DNA of 64,000 nucleotides from Candidatus Moanibacter sp. GTDB taxonomy: Bacteria > Verrucomicrobiota > Verrucomicrobiia > Opitutales > UBA2987. This document shows positions 60,613 to 64,000 of this stretch, in pieces (position 1 is the first letter of the stretch; the number at the start of each line of letters is the position of its first letter). The translations under genes and the position numbers were made by a program. Where the stretch lies: positions 19,410 to 83,409 of the forward strand of contig CBDCEW010000036.1 of the NCBI GenBank assembly GCA_965215885.1, read 5' to 3'. The notes under the pieces are model-generated. The model was given only the letters and a program-made list of their open reading frames with translations. It was not told where the DNA came from and searched no databases.

Positions 60613-61680
60613 TAGATATCGGCTCGCCACGGTCCTGAGCATGATTGTGCTCGGCACGATGTGCGGCAAACAGACCCTCAAGGGCATCGTGCGCCTGGCC
60701 CATCATCTCAATCAAGCCCAATTGCGCGCCTTACGCTCCTGGAAAAACCCCAAAACAGGCCGCTATAAGGCCCCTTGCTATGATGTCTTCTATCGGGTCT
60801 TGCAAAACGTAAAGGCCGAGCTCTTCGATAAAACCCTCACCGAATTCATCTGCTTACAAGACGGCTGTTTGCCCCGCGATATTGCCGTCGACGGCAAGAC
60901 CCTCAAAGGCACAAACACCGAAGAATCAAAGGCTCTGCACCTGGTGGCCGCAGTCGATCACCAAAGCGCTCAAACCTTAGCCCAAGTCGCTACCGCCGAT
61001 AAATCCAACGCGATCACCGCCGCCCAGACTCTCTTGCGAAAGATGCCCATTTTGGACGGCTCCACCTTCACCTTCGACGCCATGCATAATCAAAAAGAAA
61101 CTGCCCACATCGTCGTCGAAGAACTCAGTGCTGACTATGTTATTCAAATTAAAGACAATCAGCCCAACATGCATCAATACGCTCAGAATCTCTTCAGCTC
61201 CACCCCCTTTTTCTCCACCAAACCGTGGACAATGACCATGGGCGACTCGAAATACGTCAAATAGCAACCCATTCTCTAAGCGCTCCCTCTGCCGGCCTGC
61301 CCCATGCCCGCCAGTTCGCCTGTGTGCAACGCACCTTCCATTATCCAAACAAAGCTGAACCTTCCTCTGAACGCTCTTACTACGTAAGCAGTCTCGATCC
61401 CGCCGATTTGAGCCCTCAACAGTTCCTCTCGAAAATTCGCAACCATTGGTCGATCGAAAATAAAAATCATTACCCCAGGGATCGCTTCTTCGATGAAGAT
61501 CGATGTATGATCCGTAATCATAACGCAGCCAGAATTCTTGCTGCATGCAGGCAACTGGTTCTCAGCCTCAAGTCTTCCATGGGCGCTGAATCCACTCCCG
61601 CACTCTGTGATGATTTCGTCTTTAACTTACATAAGGCCATCAATATCATCACCTAATGCTCCGAGAATCAAAATACCGTG
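60613..61680 (+). mobile_element. 3' half of the ISAs1 element, copy 3
   Basis: Matches copy 2 from TAGATA to the right end ...AAAATACCGTG. The DUF4338-encoding 5' half is missing. Confidence 0.9.
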
Positions 61681-62434
61681 GGGCATACCTTCTCGGGCAG
61701 TCGAAGAGATTGTAAAAGCGATTTCCAGCCTCGCGCCAATCCTGCCGGAAAGCGTTCTTCTCGAGATTGGTGCCGGCACCGGTGAAATCGGCTTTCCTCT
61801 CAGTAAGATGCCGAATAAATACATCGGCTTCGATCTCTCAAATCAGATGCTCGAGATTTTTCGAAAGCGTCTTAATTCAACGAATTCTGACTACCTTCTT
61901 GTCGAAACAGACGGCAACTCAAGCTGGCCGGTAGACGATGCTTCAGTCGATATCATTTTCTCCGCTCGTGTGCTTCACCTCCTCGAGCCGAAACAAGTCG
62001 TCAAGGAAATCCTGCGAGCAGGAAAAAGTTCTGGTTCTGTCATTATAACCGGACGTATTCGGCGTGACAATCAATCCATAAATTCGAGAATGCGGCACAG
62101 AATGCGTGAACTGTTGGAAATTCGTGGGATTAATGTCAAGGACGCGAAGAGTGCATTGGTTTCCATTTATGGGAAACTGGAAGCGTGTGGCGGAGAGAGA
62201 ATTCGGCCTCGTTTTGTTTCCCGTTGGACAAGGCCCTCCTCTCCCCTTCAATCAATAGATAGCTGGCGAAAGAAACGGGGACTCGGCGGAATTGATATCA
62301 GCAACGATATCAAGACTCGGGTTCTCGAAGAACTCTACCAATGGACTACGGAAGAGTACAGTGATCCTGAACAAACTCTTGAAACAGTTGAACAATACGA
62401 ACTTTCGGGTGTAAGGCTCAAAGTTCAACAATAA
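61681..62434 (+). pseudogene. Class I SAM-dependent methyltransferase, 5' end lost at the IS boundary
   Basis: LLEIGAGTG, IGFDLSNQML, VDII...VLHLL. The first 47 aa of ORF 61538 are IS-derived. Confidence 0.75.
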
Positions 62435-62440
62435 TGGCCT

Positions 62441-63257
62441 ATGCGTAACGACCTTCTAACTGAGCTCGGAGCTTCCCTTGTCAAAGGTAGTTTGACCGAC
62501 TCATCTCTGCTCGAACAGACCTCTCGGAACCAAGCCATCCAGATTCTTCCCGAAGCAAATGTTATCAAAATCGGCGGTCAGAGTTTCATAGATCGGGGCA
62601 GAGCGGCTGTATTTCCTCTCATCGACGAGCTCGTTGCGAATCTCAGGCGACACAAGATGATTAATCGGCACGGGCGCGGGAACGCGGGCACGTCACGCTT
62701 ATAGTGTTGGAATCGACCTGGGAATGCCAACGGGAGTCCTCAGCGTATTGGGCACTTTCGTGAGTATGCAAAATGCCCGCATGCTCCACTATCTCATGGC
62801 CAAACATGGGATTCCTTTTATCGAACCGATTCAGTTTGCGCAACTGCCACTATACCTCGCCGAAAGACAGGCAGTCATTTTCTTCGGAATGCCTCCCTAT
62901 ACTTTCTGGCAGCAGAACCCCCCGGTAGGACGTATTCCACCACACCGCACCGACACTGGCTCCTACCTCGTCAGCGAAGTGTTCGGTACGCGTTCCATGA
63001 TCTTTGTCAAAGATGAAGAGGGCCTTTATACGGCGGATCCCAAAAAGGACCGCAATGCGAAATTTATCCCAAAAATATCAGTGTCCGAGATCAAGTCGAT
63101 GAATCTGCGAGACATCGTCGTCGAGCGGGCTGTTCTTGATATGATGGAGAATGCCGAGCATAGCCGATCGATTCAGGTAATTAACGGCCTTCAACCGGGC
63201 ACTCTCACTCGAGCCCTTAACGGGGAGGAAGTGGGGACGGTTATCACTGCCGATTGA
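62441..63257 (+). pseudogene. mosB: Molybdenum storage protein beta subunit with a 1-nt frameshift near 62663
   Basis: VIKIGGQSFIDRG, then GTGAGTRARH in the shifted frame, GMPPY..W, RIPPHRTDTG, FVKDEEGLYTADPK (UMP-kinase-like MoSto fold). Confidence 0.8.
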
Positions 63258-63358
63258 CGAAAGCATAACTCCATCACGCCACCACTCCACGAGAACCTAT
63301 CACTCCGGACTTACGAATCTGTCGGACATAGAATTCATCTGTTTCGAAAAATCCACTC

Positions 63359-64000
63359 ATGACAGAACCAACTCCCGACCAACGCCACCACGTGGAGTCA
63401 ATGCTGATGAGAGAAAGTCTCATTGACGAGGACCTTATCGCCTCCACCGAAGCGCCCGTCGTCAGCATGCTTCCCGATGTGCATGTCGTGAAGATTGGAG
63501 GGCGCTCCATCATAGACCAGGGTCGCGTCACTACCTACCCGGTTGTGGAGACTCTAAGCCGCATCTTGAAATCCGAGAAACTCATTCTTGGAGTCGGCGG
63601 AGGAACTCGAAGCCGCCACGTCTTTTCCATAGGCCTCGATCTCGGCCTGCCAACTGGTGTGCTTGCCCAGATCTCAATCGCAGATGCACTTGGCAATGCC
63701 CACATCCTCGGCACCCTCCTCGCTCCCCACGGAGTTGTAGCCATACCTCCCGAAATCTTTGGACACCTCCTTCCTCTCTTCATTCATTCCGCCCCCGGGG
63801 TCATATTTAATGGTGTGCCGCCGTATTCGCTCTGGGAGCACCCTCCATCGGTCGGAAGAATCCCTCCCCACCGAACGGACGCAGGTTGTTTTATCCTGGG
63901 AGAATGTTTCGGCTGCAAATCGATCACCCTCGTGAAAGATGTAGACGGTCTCTTTGAAGCAGATCCCAAGACCGAATCCTCCGCCTCCTTCATCGACACA
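63359..64000 (+). CDS. mosA: Molybdenum storage protein alpha subunit, 3'-truncated by the window edge
   Basis: Manual translation, absent from the ORF track: MTEPTPDQRHHVESMLMRESLID...VVKIGGRSIIDQG...GGGTRSRH...PPYSLWEH...RIPPHRTDAG...VKDVDGL. Confidence 0.85.
   Translation, partial: MTEPTPDQRHHVESMLMRESLIDEDLIASTEAPVVSMLPDVHVVKIGGRSIIDQGRVTTYPVVETLSRILKSEKLILGVGGGTRSRHVFSIGLDLGLPTGVLAQISIADALGNAHILGTLLAPHGVVAIPPEIFGHLLPLFIHSAPGVIFNGVPPYSLWEHPPSVGRIPPHRTDAGCFILGECFGCKSITLVKDVDGLFEADPKTESSASFIDT

Noticed and set aside
61538..61680. Native N-terminus for ORFs 61538-62434 and 38789-39187
   Set aside because: The shared MLHAGNWF... segment is read-through from the ISAs1 right end.
1..64000. 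CRISPR array or cas genes
   Set aside because: No regularly spaced repeat-spacer series and no Cas-like ORF seen.

Overview
Chromosomal window from a bacterium, most likely Verrucomicrobiota (Opitutales-like). That placement is inferred from LexA boxes resembling TGTTC-N4-GAACA and from the RAYT-type transposases. Core content: an NAD-linked formate dehydrogenase pair (partial NuoF-like beta, complete alpha), tRNA-His, lexA, waaA, an M16 protease, trpA, miaA, a PpiD/SurA-like chaperone, an M19 dipeptidase, modABC and the molybdenum-storage genes mosBA. Accessory content: a DUF1800-DUF1800-DUF1501 cluster followed by secreted proteins, three large secreted proteins sharing one ~280-aa C-terminal domain, and an MSHA-like type IV pilus cluster with its own c-di-GMP parts (MshEN ATPase, HD-GYP, REC-GGDEF). 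Mobile DNA is heavy: ISL3, IS4, three copies of a DUF4338-fused ISAs1 element, two copies of a nested ISNCY/IS5-like element, two RAYT-like HUH genes each bracketed by inverted repeats, and several MITE-like or palindromic elements. Many genes are broken. The strongest candidates for undescribed biology are: (i) a 350-bp unit of a small GIY-YIG nuclease gene plus a tRNA-His copy whose anticodon arm carries a palindrome; (ii) the inverted-repeat-bounded RAYT elements and a 248-bp nested-hairpin insertion placed exactly in the modB/modC overlap; (iii) the shared C-terminal domain as a possible surface-anchoring module; (iv) a conserved C5T5 frameshift in the DUF4338-ISAs1 element. All family calls come from motif recognition, not database searches. 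Some single-base frameshifts and one chimeric duplication may be assembly artefacts.
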